A stretch of DNA of 64,000 bases, from positions 2,208,001 to 2,272,000 of the forward strand of contig OY970325.1 in the NCBI GenBank assembly GCA_963717145.1, written 5' to 3'. The notes below the pieces were generated by a model. It did not search any database. It worked only from the letters and a program-made list of their open reading frames with translations, and was not told the origin of the DNA. Positions 8,936-17,862 of the stretch are shown in pieces; the stretch's first letter is position 1, and each line of letters opens with the position of its first letter. A program made the translations under genes and the position numbers. Source of the DNA: an uncultured Armatimonadetes bacterium (lineage in GTDB: Bacteria > Armatimonadota > UBA5829 > DTJY01).

Positions 8936-10286
8936 TGTCGCTCTCCTGTTTCGCCGCCATGACGGTGAGGAATGCCTTGACGACGCGTGGATCGAACTGG
9001 GTGCCGGCGCCGTACCGCAGTTGATCTATGCCGTCGTCGATGCTCTTGGGCTTCCTGTCCTTGTTGTATTCGCGCATTTCACCTGTCATCGCATCGAATG
9101 CATCAGCGGCGGCAATGACTGCTGCTTCGATAGGTATCTGCTTCTCCGAGAGCGCATCCGGATATCCCCTGCCATCCGGACGCTCGTGATGCCCCCTGAC
9201 CCATGGCACTATGCACTCCAGGTACTGCATCTGGGTAAGGATCTCCGCTCCGCGCGCCGGATGCTGCCTGATCATCTCCCAGTCGTCGGGGGACAACTGG
9301 CCGCTCTTGTCGAGTACCACCTCGTCGACTCCGACTTTCCCGATGTCGTGAAGCAGGCCGGCATCCTTGATGTACATCAGCGACTGCACGGGAAGCTGCA
9401 TCTGCCTCGCGATCCGCTCAGACAGGTCGGCAACCCGCTCCAGATGACCCTTGGTGTACAGGTGATGGTGCTGAATGTATGTGCCGAGCGCGGTGATCGT
9501 CTCTCGGTACGTGTTCACGTATGTGACGTGCAGGTTCAATGCCTGTCGGGCAACGAAGAACGGGATGATCAGCAGCAGTATCCCCCACGGACCATATCGT
9601 ATGTAGAGCGAGACGAACAGCGTCGCGAACGGCACGCTTACGAACAGGTCGGGGAACGACCACTTGAGGTTACGCTGGGCCGAGACCCTCCAGGGCTCAT
9701 TCTCGCCGAGACTTGTTCCAGTGGCACAAAGCAGTGCGGTTGTGACGCTGTATATCCCGGCCCAGAGCAGCAAGTACAACACGAGTTGGATGTCCGGACC
9801 CGAACTGGTGAGCGCCGGACTGAGGAACGGCCCCCCGGCAACGACGTACACCAGCGAGGCAGCCGCCAGCGCGATCACGTGGTTCGCGTCATTGTAGAGG
9901 ACCAGCGGAGCCAACCATCTGAACGGCGTTCCCCACTGCGTGATGAACGGTGCGATCAGAATGGGAATCGTGCTGACGACGATCGTGGCCGCTGAATGAT
10001 GGCTCAGGAACATGCCCAGGACGACGGGAACGGTGACAGTGACCTCGATGTTGACATCCGGGAGTTTGGTGGGGAAAAGCTCGGTGAGGAAGATGACGCC
10101 CAGGAAGAAAAGCCATTCCCATACGAACGAGCGGTCGCGAAGGAGGAAGTACACCGCGACAAAGAACATCCCCGCTCCGATGACGGAAACCACGCGAGAA
10201 TAGACTGCGAATCTCGACGAAAATCTTCGCAATGGAGAATGCCTTGAACTTATTAGGCCGGAATCGGCAGCAAGCTCTCCAGTCAA
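8928..10286 (-). CDS. multi-TM sensor fused to an HD-GYP phosphodiesterase
   Basis: About 7 TM segments, then GHLERVA, LLHDIGK, HHERPDGRGYP; start codon uncertain. Confidence 0.87.
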   Translation of the reverse strand: MTGELAADSGLISSRHSPLRRFSSRFAVYSRVVSVIGAGMFFVAVYFLLRDRSFVWEWLFFLGVIFLTELFPTKLPDVNIEVTVTVPVVLGMFLSHHSAATIVVSTIPILIAPFITQWGTPFRWLAPLVLYNDANHVIALAAASLVYVVAGGPFLSPALTSSGPDIQLVLYLLLWAGIYSVTTALLCATGTSLGENEPWRVSAQRNLKWSFPDLFVSVPFATLFVSLYIRYGPWGILLLIIPFFVARQALNLHVTYVNTYRETITALGTYIQHHHLYTKGHLERVADLSERIARQMQLPVQSLMYIKDAGLLHDIGKVGVDEVVLDKSGQLSPDDWEMIRQHPARGAEILTQMQYLECIVPWVRGHHERPDGRGYPDALSEKQIPIEAAVIAAADAFDAMTGEMREYNKDRKPKSIDDGIDQLRYGAGTQFDPRVVKAFLTVMAAKQESDNG

Positions 10287-10322
10287 AACCGGAGAGCGGC
10301 CGTCCTAGGTCGCTCTAGGCGC

Positions 10323-10409
10323 CTATGGGGGCGGCCAGTACTTCGGGAACGCACCTGAGCTGAGTACTAACGCAGCCAGGGCTAGCAGCACTTTGACTAA
10401 GGTCTTCAT
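10323..10409 (-). CDS. 28-aa small peptide MKTLVKVLLALAALVLSSGAFPKYWPPP (putative signal precursor)
   Basis: Below the ORF-track cutoff; RBS AAAGGGG 9 nt before ATG; cationic N-terminus, hydrophobic core, short aromatic/Pro tail. Confidence 0.75.
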   Translation of the reverse strand: MKTLVKVLLALAALVLSSGAFPKYWPPP

Positions 10410-10557
10410 TTAGGTCAACCCCTTTCGTGTGGTGAGAATAATGCCCGTCGTCGCTAAAAGACAGACAATTTCACCGCTCCGCTCGGGTTGTTTGGATTCG
10501 CTTGTGTTTCGCGGATGCGACCCCTCAGCTGCTGCCGATCGCCGGCCTAAATTGTGT

Positions 10558-11214
10558 TTACTCTTCGATCGCCATACCGAGTCGTCGGTTAATGGCGTCT
10601 AGTGTAGCATTCACCACCGCTTTCCATAAATCCTGCTTTACGATTGCTGTGCCGGCAAGATAGTCCTCGCCCCTCGCAGTTATCATGTTCACGAGCACGA
10701 CCACAATGCTTCTACCGGACAGGGTTACCGAGGTATCCAGGTCCTCCAGGACGAGCATTCCGTCGGATCCCTGGCAGTTTTCGAGAGCGCGCAGAGTGGC
10801 GGTTGCAATCAGGCGCAACTGGTTATGGGACGAGCTGTGACCGGCTGCGCTGCCCGTGTAGATGTCCTCACCACGGATCAGTCGGACCATGGCTTCGGCT
10901 TTGGTTCCGTTGAGGGAGATGTGCACGTCCGAAAACTTGAGCCGCGAATCGCTGAACCGAAACTGCTTGCCGTTCTGCGTCTGAGCGACGCTGACGATCT
11001 TGTGGTCCAGCTCGAAGCCGTACTGGGCCATGAGCGCGGATTCGACATCCCGCACGACCTGCTTGGGGACTCTGCCCCCATCCGCCAGTACGTGCAGCTC
11101 TTCAAGCTCTCCGTCCTTGCCGGCTACGGCACACACGGAGATGACGCCTCTGAGAGAGCGGATGACCGCCTCAACCTCCATGGCTGATACTCGTCTGGGT
11201 GCTTCCATGTCCAT
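10558..11214 (-). CDS. conserved two-domain hypothetical protein
   Basis: Clean ORF with RBS right after pheT; ELHVLA...PKQVVRDVESAL N-domain; C-domain ending AVVNATLDAINR resembles a LeuA-allosteric-like fold (inference). Confidence 0.75.
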   Translation of the reverse strand: MDMEAPRRVSAMEVEAVIRSLRGVISVCAVAGKDGELEELHVLADGGRVPKQVVRDVESALMAQYGFELDHKIVSVAQTQNGKQFRFSDSRLKFSDVHISLNGTKAEAMVRLIRGEDIYTGSAAGHSSSHNQLRLIATATLRALENCQGSDGMLVLEDLDTSVTLSGRSIVVVLVNMITARGEDYLAGTAIVKQDLWKAVVNATLDAINRRLGMAIEE

Positions 11215-11222
11215 TCCTCTCG

Positions 11223-13250
11223 CTAACGGAACGATGCCGCCAGGTTCTTGACCAGGTAATCCCTGATCTGACCCATGCGTTCGTCTACCTCTTCGTCTCG
11301 AAGAGTCCGCTCCCGCGAACGGAAGATGATGCTGAAGGCCAAGCTCTTTTGTCCGGCAGGAAGAGGCTGGCCCTGGTAGTAATCGAACAGGCTGGCGCTT
11401 TCAAGTAAATCGCCGGCTCCGTTGACGATCGCCTCGTGTACACACTGGTATGGAAGGCTATCCGGCACCACGACAGCGAGGTCTCTCGAACTCGCCGGGT
11501 ACCGTGAAATAGCTCTGTATTTCTTATCGGCGCGAGTCGCGTCCATCAAGAAATTGATATTCAGTTCGAACGCAGATACTCTTGAGGCTAAGTCCAGCGA
11601 TTTGGTCCGGGCGGCGCTGATCTCGCCTATGACACCAAGCTCGGTATCTCCCAAGACTATCTTTGCACCCCTTGAGGGATGAAAACCGGGTATCGAGTCG
11701 GAGCGGAGGGTCACATCCGTGATGCCGATCCGCTCGAGGAGCGCCTCCAGGATGCCCTTGAGGAGGAAGAAGTCCGCCTGCAGGGAACCCTTGTCGACGT
11801 TCCATGCCTTGTCCCACGCGTTGCCCGTGATGGCGACGGCGACGTTGCCGTTCTCGATGATGGTTCCTTGGTCGTCGGGCTGAAACACCTGCCCGATCTC
11901 GAAGACTCCGAGGTCTCTGACGCCTCTTCCTGCGTTATATGATAATACCGCCAAAAGGCTTGGTGTTAAACCGCTTCTTAGGTAACCAAGCTCCTCGCTG
12001 AGAGAATTCCTCAGCGGAGTCTGGGCCGAATGCTCGTCGGGCGGTGTCATTGTGCTCGTGACGACTTCCTGCAGGCCGCATGAAATCAGCAGCTCGGTGA
12101 TCTCTCGGTCGAGTCTGACGTGATCGCTGTCGTGTCCCTGCATGCTCTCACCACATGGGAGAGTCTCGGGTATGTTCTCGTAGCCGTGTATGCGACCGAC
12201 TTCCTCGATGAGGTCCACCTCGCGCTCGATGTCGGCACGGAAGGTCGGAACCTGCACCCTGATCTGACCGTTGCGGCTGACTTCCATCCCGAGCCGGGAG
12301 AGGTAATCCGCCACCTGCTCGTCACTGAGATCCATGCCCAGCAGCATCCTGGTGCGCTCCGGTCGGATGGTGAGCGCGATGGGCTCGATCTTCTTAGGAT
12401 AGACGTCGATGACGCCGCGAGCGATCGTGCCGCCTCCCGTCTCCTGGATGAGCTGGGACACCCGGTCGAGTGCCTGGATCGTGAGGTTCGGATCCACACC
12501 CCGCTCGAATCGGTATGAGGCCTCGGTGGACATCCCCAGTTTGCGGGCGGTGCGACGGATCGAGAGCCGGTTGAAGTGAGCCGACTCGATCAGGACATTC
12601 TTCGTGCGGGAATTGACTTCGGAATCGGAGCCACCCATGACCCCGGCGATCGCGACCGCATGTCTCGGGTCGGCGATGACGAGCATATCGGGGTCGAGTG
12701 TCCGCTCCTCGCCGTCGATCGTGGTGATCTTCTCGCCGGCCGCCGCCTGTCTCACGATGATGTGATGGTCGGCCAGGAGATCGGAGTCGAAGGCGTGAAG
12801 CGGCTGGCCGAGTTCCAGGAGGACATAGTTGGTGGCGTCGACCACATTGTTGATCGGGCGCATCCCGGCGGCCAGGAGTCTCTTCTGCATCCATCCAGGC
12901 GAATCGGTGATGGTGGTGCCCGTGATGACTCGCGCGGAGTACCTGGGGCAGTTCACGGGGCTGGTGATCTCGACCTTCGCGAGGCTCTCGGCAGCCGGTT
13001 CACCCTCGACGAGCGATATCTTCGGCTCGCCCAGAGGGATGTTCAGGAGCGCCGATGTTTCCCGTGCGACGCCGACCATGGAAAGCAGGTCCGATCGGTT
13101 AGGCGTCACGTAGGTGACGAAGACGGATTCTCCTTCCAGTTGGCGTATCTCTTCGACTTCCAGCCCTGCCATGGTAAGGCGATCGGCAAGCGCTTGGTCA
13201 GCAAGCGTGAAATCGCTATATTCTCTTAGCCATGCCACAGGCACGAGCAT
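11223..13250 (-). CDS. pheT: phenylalanine-tRNA ligase beta subunit (short form)
   Basis: TPNRSDLLS, ELGQPLHAFD, RFERGVD, DLIEEVGRIHGY, C-terminal anticodon-binding domain. Confidence 0.95.
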   Translation of the reverse strand: MLVPVAWLREYSDFTLADQALADRLTMAGLEVEEIRQLEGESVFVTYVTPNRSDLLSMVGVARETSALLNIPLGEPKISLVEGEPAAESLAKVEITSPVNCPRYSARVITGTTITDSPGWMQKRLLAAGMRPINNVVDATNYVLLELGQPLHAFDSDLLADHHIIVRQAAAGEKITTIDGEERTLDPDMLVIADPRHAVAIAGVMGGSDSEVNSRTKNVLIESAHFNRLSIRRTARKLGMSTEASYRFERGVDPNLTIQALDRVSQLIQETGGGTIARGVIDVYPKKIEPIALTIRPERTRMLLGMDLSDEQVADYLSRLGMEVSRNGQIRVQVPTFRADIEREVDLIEEVGRIHGYENIPETLPCGESMQGHDSDHVRLDREITELLISCGLQEVVTSTMTPPDEHSAQTPLRNSLSEELGYLRSGLTPSLLAVLSYNAGRGVRDLGVFEIGQVFQPDDQGTIIENGNVAVAITGNAWDKAWNVDKGSLQADFFLLKGILEALLERIGITDVTLRSDSIPGFHPSRGAKIVLGDTELGVIGEISAARTKSLDLASRVSAFELNINFLMDATRADKKYRAISRYPASSRDLAVVVPDSLPYQCVHEAIVNGAGDLLESASLFDYYQGQPLPAGQKSLAFSIIFRSRERTLRDEEVDERMGQIRDYLVKNLAASFR

Positions 13251-13271
13251 CAGGGGTTCCTCACTGGACGG

Positions 13272-14321
13272 CTAGAACTGTCTAAGGAAACGAACGTCGT
13301 TCTCAAGGAACAGACGCAGATCGTCGATCGCGTACCGAAGCATCGGCATTCGTTCGATGCCGAGGCCGAACGCGAAGCCTGTGTACTTCTCCGAATCATA
13401 GCCGAACCGCTCCAGTATGTTCGGATGGATCAAACCGGCTCCGCCGAGTTCCAACCAGCCGCTCGACTTGCAGATGGCACAACCTGCGCCCCTGCACATC
13501 ACGCAGCTTATGGCGACCTCGGCTCCCGGCTCGACGAACGGGAAGAAGTCCGGGCGGAACCGCACTCGAGTGTCGTCGCCGAACATCAACCGCGCGAAGT
13601 TGGCCAGGGTGCCCTTCAGGTCGGCCATGCTGATGCCTTCGTCGACTGTGAAGCAGTCGACTTGGTGGAACGTATGCGAATGCGTTGCGTCCACTGCCTC
13701 GTATCGGAAGCAGCGGCCAACGGTGGCGATCCTCAACGGCGGCTGGCGCGTCTCGAAGACACGGCCCTGAAGCGCCGTAGTCTGCGTCCTGAGCAGAAGG
13801 TCGTCGGTTACGTAGAACGACATCTGCTCGTCCATAGCGGGATGGTCTTCCGGGTAGTTGAGCGCTTCGAAGTTGTAGCGATACTGCTCCAACTCCGGGC
13901 TCTCCATGATCTCGTAGCCCAGCCCGACGAAGATCTCTTTGACGCGGTCGATCGTGGTCGTAAGGAGGTGCCGCCTGCCGGTTCTGAACAACCGGCCGGG
14001 CAGAGTCACGTCGACCGCCTCCTGCGTGAGGCGGCGGCCGTCCTCCTGTGCCTGGATGTCCTCGATCTTGGTCTCGAGCCTTGCCTCCAGGTGGTTCTTG
14101 AGTTCGTTTGTGAGGCGGCCGAACTCGGGCCTCAGATCGCGGGGTAACTCTCCTACGGATCGCGAGAGTTCTGTTACCTTGCCCTTGCGCCCGAGATACT
14201 TGACGTCGACGTCTTTCAGATCGGTGGAGGAAGCGGCCTGGTCGATGGCCTGCTCCACCTCAATCCGCAGGGCGTCCAGTTGCTCCTGCACCGATCCAAT
14301 ATCTTGTAACCTCTCAGGCAT
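13272..14321 (-). CDS. pheS: phenylalanine-tRNA ligase alpha subunit
   Basis: LLRTQT, FHQVD, FRPDFFPFVEP, GFAFGLGIER. Confidence 0.96.
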   Translation of the reverse strand: MPERLQDIGSVQEQLDALRIEVEQAIDQAASSTDLKDVDVKYLGRKGKVTELSRSVGELPRDLRPEFGRLTNELKNHLEARLETKIEDIQAQEDGRRLTQEAVDVTLPGRLFRTGRRHLLTTTIDRVKEIFVGLGYEIMESPELEQYRYNFEALNYPEDHPAMDEQMSFYVTDDLLLRTQTTALQGRVFETRQPPLRIATVGRCFRYEAVDATHSHTFHQVDCFTVDEGISMADLKGTLANFARLMFGDDTRVRFRPDFFPFVEPGAEVAISCVMCRGAGCAICKSSGWLELGGAGLIHPNILERFGYDSEKYTGFAFGLGIERMPMLRYAIDDLRLFLENDVRFLRQF

Positions 14322-14345
14322 GGTGTTGCTTCTTTAGTGATTGGT

Positions 14346-14717
14346 TCAGGCGCTCGCCGTTGCCGCCGCCTGCTCTGATACCCTCTGAACCAGCGCCGAG
14401 AATCCGGCCTGGTCGTGGACCGCCATGTCGGCAAGCACCTTGCGGTCGATCTGAATTCCGGCCTTGGTCAGGCCTTCTATGAATCGGCTGTACTGCATAC
14501 CTTCCTGGCGGGTCGCCGCGTTGATGCGGGTGATCCAGAGCCGCCGGAAGTCGCGCTTGCGGACTCGGCGGTCGCGGTATGCATACTGAAGCGCGTGCGC
14601 GACGGCCTCATTTGCAGTCTTGAAATTATGGCTTCTATTGCCCCAATAACCCTTAGCGCGGTCAACGACTTTCTTGTGCCGCTTGTGGGTCATCATTCCA
14701 CGTTTCACACGTGCCAT
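14346..14717 (-). CDS. rplT: 50S ribosomal protein L20
   Basis: MARVKRG...YAYRDRR...[12 protein letters not shown]. Confidence 0.97.
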   Translation of the reverse strand: MARVKRGMMTHKRHKKVVDRAKGYWGNRSHNFKTANEAVAHALQYAYRDRRVRKRDFRRLWITRINAATRQEGMQYSRFIEGLTKAGIQIDRKVLADMAVHDQAGFSALVQRVSEQAAATASA

Positions 14718-14746
14718 TCAGACTATCTCCTTTCGGTAAGGGTTTC

Positions 14747-14950
14747 CTAGGCGCTGATGCCGGGCATCATTCGCCGGACTCTGCGCCTGTCCCCGGTCGG
14801 GATTGTGGACTCGACATCCAGCCTGCGCCTTCGAGCCGCACTCTTCTTCATCATGAGGTGGCCCTTACCGGTGTTGTTGTGCATGATCTTTCCGGTGCCG
14901 GTAACTGTGAACCGCTTTGCAGCGGACTTCTTCGTTCTGATCTTCGGCAT
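14747..14950 (-). CDS. rpmI: 50S ribosomal protein L35
   Basis: MPKIRTKKSAAKRFTVTGTGK; lies between infC and rplT. Confidence 0.95.
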   Translation of the reverse strand: MPKIRTKKSAAKRFTVTGTGKIMHNNTGKGHLMMKKSAARRRRLDVESTIPTGDRRRVRRMMPGISA

Positions 14951-14985
14951 TCGCGTTCCTTTCAAGACGAACTTTGCCACAATGC

Positions 14986-15081
14986 TCCACCCTCCTCCTT
15001 CGTAGTGGCCGTGCCTCTGTGCCGGCCAGCAACGTTGTAGGCCGGCACAGAGGCACGGCCACTACGAAGGAGGAGGGTGGA
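14986..15081. repeat. REP/REPIN-like palindrome, family A (GTAGTGGCCGTGCCTC...)
   Basis: About 42-bp perfect inverted arms; core shared with copies at 29172, 31864, 37857 and 47392. Confidence 0.85.
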
Positions 15082-15140
15082 TGGCCCGTGGCAAGGTCTA
15101 CTTCCATAGCCAACGTCCATTCCCCGATGGGAATGATCCT

Positions 15141-15218
15141 TCGGTAGCACGATGCAGTGACGCTGCCGAAGCACGAAACTCTCGATGCGTCGGTAGCACA
15201 ACGCAGTGGCGCTGCCGA
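15141..15218. repeat. two direct copies of a 29-bp imperfect hairpin TCGGTAGCAC..GCAGTG.CGCTGCCGA
   Basis: Copies at 15141-15169 and 15190-15218. Confidence 0.7.
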
Positions 15219-15227
15219 TGCATCGAC

Positions 15228-15737
15228 TCAGGTCTTGGGAGTGAGGATCATCGTCATCGTTCGACCTTCGAGCCCCGGCGGTTTCTCGATCGCGGCGATC
15301 TCGGCGGTCGCTTCGGCAATTCGGTCGAGAGCACGTCTGGCGAACTCGGGGTGAGTTATCTCCCGGCTCTTGAACTGCACGGTGACTTTGACCTTGTCGC
15401 CATCCTTGAGAAACTCCACGGCATGCTTGAGCTTGAACTGGAAGTCATGCTCATCCGTCGCCGGACGCATCTTGATGATCTTGAGTTCCGAGATGTGATG
15501 TTTCTTGCGGGCATCTCGGTCGCGCTTCCCCTGCTCGTACTTGTACTTGCCGTAGTCCATGATCTTGCAGACGGGAGGAACGGCCGTGGGCGAAACCTCG
15601 ATGAGGTCTAACCCCTTCTCCCGTGCCATTGCAAGTGCTTCGCGAACGGACAATATACCGAGCTGTCCGCCATCATCATCGACCAGCCTGCATTCGCGAG
15701 CCCGGATGCGCTCATTTAGCCTGAAATCTCTGTTTAT
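15228..15737 (-). CDS. infC: translation initiation factor IF-3 (probable ATA start)
   Basis: NERIRA...PPVCKIMDYGKYKYE; SD GAGGTG is 7 nt before ATA at 15737. Confidence 0.95.
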   Translation of the reverse strand: MNRDFRLNERIRARECRLVDDDGGQLGILSVREALAMAREKGLDLIEVSPTAVPPVCKIMDYGKYKYEQGKRDRDARKKHHISELKIIKMRPATDEHDFQFKLKHAVEFLKDGDKVKVTVQFKSREITHPEFARRALDRIAEATAEIAAIEKPPGLEGRTMTMILTPKT

Positions 15738-15805
15738 GTGCAATCACCTCATGAAAAGACTGACCGCAGCGTGCTGAGGTCACATGTTTCCACTTTCTGA
15801 GACAG

Positions 15806-15834
15806 AGTATACCAGAGTGTGTTCAGTCTGTCAA
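15806..15834 (-). promoter_or_regulatory. infC promoter TTGACA-17-TATACT overlapping the thrS 3' end
   Basis: Consensus -35 at 15834-15829, -10 at 15811-15806. Confidence 0.75.
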
Positions 15835-17532
15835 CTCCTTGCTTATGCGTGCAAGAAAGTCGTCCACCGGCATCGGACCAAGGTCACCCTCTTCTCGCTG
15901 TCTCACCGACACGGCAAGCGATTCCGCCTCCCTGTCGCCGATCACGAGCATGTACGGAACCTTCTGCATCTGGGCCTCACGGATCTTGAAACCCGTCTTT
16001 TCGTTCCGCGCGTCTACCGTCGCCCTGACGCCGATCGCCCCGAGCCTCGAAACGATGCCCTGCGCGTATTCGTGATGCCGGTCCGCAATAGGAAGGATCA
16101 CCACCTGCATCGGCGCGAGCCACAACGGGAATGCGCCTGCGTACTCCTCGATGATGATACCCATGAACCGCTCGATCGAGCCGAGCGCCGCGCGGTGGAT
16201 CATCACGGGCCGATGAGCCTTCCCGTCGTCGCCGATGTACTCGCACTCGAACCGCTCGGGCATCGAGAAGTCGAGCTGGATCGTGCCGAGCTGCCACGAG
16301 CGCTTCATCGAGTCGGTCACGTGGAAGTCGATCTTCGGTCCGTAGAACGCGCCGTCGCCGGGGTTGATCGCATACTCGATCCCCATCGACTTGAGCGCCT
16401 CGTGGAGCGACTTCTCAGCGGTCTCCCACATCTCGTCCGTGCCGATCGACTTTTCGGGCCGGGTGCTCAGCTCGATGCGGTATTCCGTGAACCCGAACTT
16501 GGCATAGATCGTCTGAATCAGGTCGATGACATTGATGATCTCGTCCTGGATCTGGTCCGGCGTGCAGAAGACGTGCGCATCGTCCTGGGTGAACGCGCGG
16601 ACCCGGAACAGCCCGTGCAGGACGCCCGACTTTTCGTGCCGGTGGACGTGCCCCAGTTCGGCGAATTTCATCGGCAAGTCGCGGTACGAGCGCAGGTCGT
16701 CCTTGTAGATCAGGATCACGCCCGGGCAGTTCATCGGCTTGACGGCGTAGACCTGCTCGTCGATATCGACGAAATACATGTTCTCGCGGTACGTATCCCA
16801 GTGGCCGCTCTGATGCCAGAGCGCCTCGCTGAGGATCATCGGCGTGCGGACCTCCGAGTACCCGCGCTCGCGGTGCATCCGTCGCCAGTAGTCGAGCAGT
16901 TCGTTGAGGACGACCATGCCCTTGGGATGCCAGAACGGGAAGCCGGGGCCTTCCTCCTGGAAGCTGAAGAGATCGAGGTCGCGCCCGATCTTCCGGTGAT
17001 CGCGCTTCCGAGCCTCTTCGAGCTGGGCGAGATGCACCTCGAGTTCGTCCCTGGTGGGGAACGCCGTGCCGTAGATGCGTTGGAGCATCGGGTTCTTCTC
17101 GCTGCCCCGCCAGTATGCGCCCGCAATGCTCAGCAGCTTGAACGCCTTGACCTTGCTGGTATAGTTGACGTGCGGTCCACGGCAGAGGTCGACGAAATCG
17201 CCCTCCTGATAGACGGTGATGGTCTCGTCCTCGATCTCGCGGATCAGCTCGAGCTTATACGGCTGATCGGCGAAGATCTGCTCGGCCTCTTCCCTGGTGA
17301 CCTCCTTGCGGACAAGCGGAAGGTTCGCCTTGACGATCTCCTTCATCCGCGCCTCGATCTTCTCCAGGTCCTCGGGCGCGAACCCGACGGGCAGATCGAA
17401 GTCGTAGTAGAACCCATCCTCGATCGCCGGACCGATTCCGAGCTTGACCCCCGGATAGAGGTCGGTCACCGCCTGCGCCATCACGTGCGAGGCGCTGTGT
17501 CTGAGCGTCATGATATCGGCATCTTCCACCAC
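15823..17532 (-). CDS. thrS: threonine-tRNA ligase (lacks N-terminal TGS domain)
   Basis: LRHSASHV, GFYYDF, DLCRGPH, KPMNCP, FYGPKID, MIHRA; GTG start after AAGGAG. Confidence 0.95.
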   Translation of the reverse strand: MVEDADIMTLRHSASHVMAQAVTDLYPGVKLGIGPAIEDGFYYDFDLPVGFAPEDLEKIEARMKEIVKANLPLVRKEVTREEAEQIFADQPYKLELIREIEDETITVYQEGDFVDLCRGPHVNYTSKVKAFKLLSIAGAYWRGSEKNPMLQRIYGTAFPTRDELEVHLAQLEEARKRDHRKIGRDLDLFSFQEEGPGFPFWHPKGMVVLNELLDYWRRMHRERGYSEVRTPMILSEALWHQSGHWDTYRENMYFVDIDEQVYAVKPMNCPGVILIYKDDLRSYRDLPMKFAELGHVHRHEKSGVLHGLFRVRAFTQDDAHVFCTPDQIQDEIINVIDLIQTIYAKFGFTEYRIELSTRPEKSIGTDEMWETAEKSLHEALKSMGIEYAINPGDGAFYGPKIDFHVTDSMKRSWQLGTIQLDFSMPERFECEYIGDDGKAHRPVMIHRAALGSIERFMGIIIEEYAGAFPLWLAPMQVVILPIADRHHEYAQGIVSRLGAIGVRATVDARNEKTGFKIREAQMQKVPYMLVIGDREAESLAVSVRQREEGDLGPMPVDDFLARISKELTD

Positions 17533-17601
17533 GGTCGTCTCCTTCGTTGCTTCGTGAACCAACGCCCCATCATACAGGATTTGTGCACGCTTTGGCAAAC
17601 C

Positions 17602-17700
17602 TTGGAGTGCGGCGGCTCGACGCCGCTTTGACGCGGGCGGCTCGACACCCTCCCAAGGCCACGGCCTGGCAAAGCGATGTCGAGCCATCGCCTTCCGAAG
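17602..17700. repeat. degenerate REP-like palindrome, family B (TTGGAGTGCGG.GGCTCGAC.CCGCTTTG)
   Basis: Matches the perfect copy at 37110-37188. Confidence 0.7.
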
Positions 17701-17862
17701 CCACGCGCGAAGCGATTCGTCCCACGCAGGCAATCCAATCTGGACAACAGACGGCCGATTCTGATATAGTAGTGCAGTTTCCAGGATCGGCCGGACTCGG
17801 CTGGTCTCGCAACAGGGATTCACACATCCCGCACGAGCGATGCAGAAAGGGTTGTTGGAATA

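Noticed and set aside
17533-17600. T-box leader for thrS or pheS
   Set aside because: Leaders are too short and no T-box consensus was seen.
15784-17631. 615-aa plus-strand ORF, and similar long antisense ORFs over gatB, mnmG and uvrB
   Set aside because: GC-rich codon-bias shadows of housekeeping genes.
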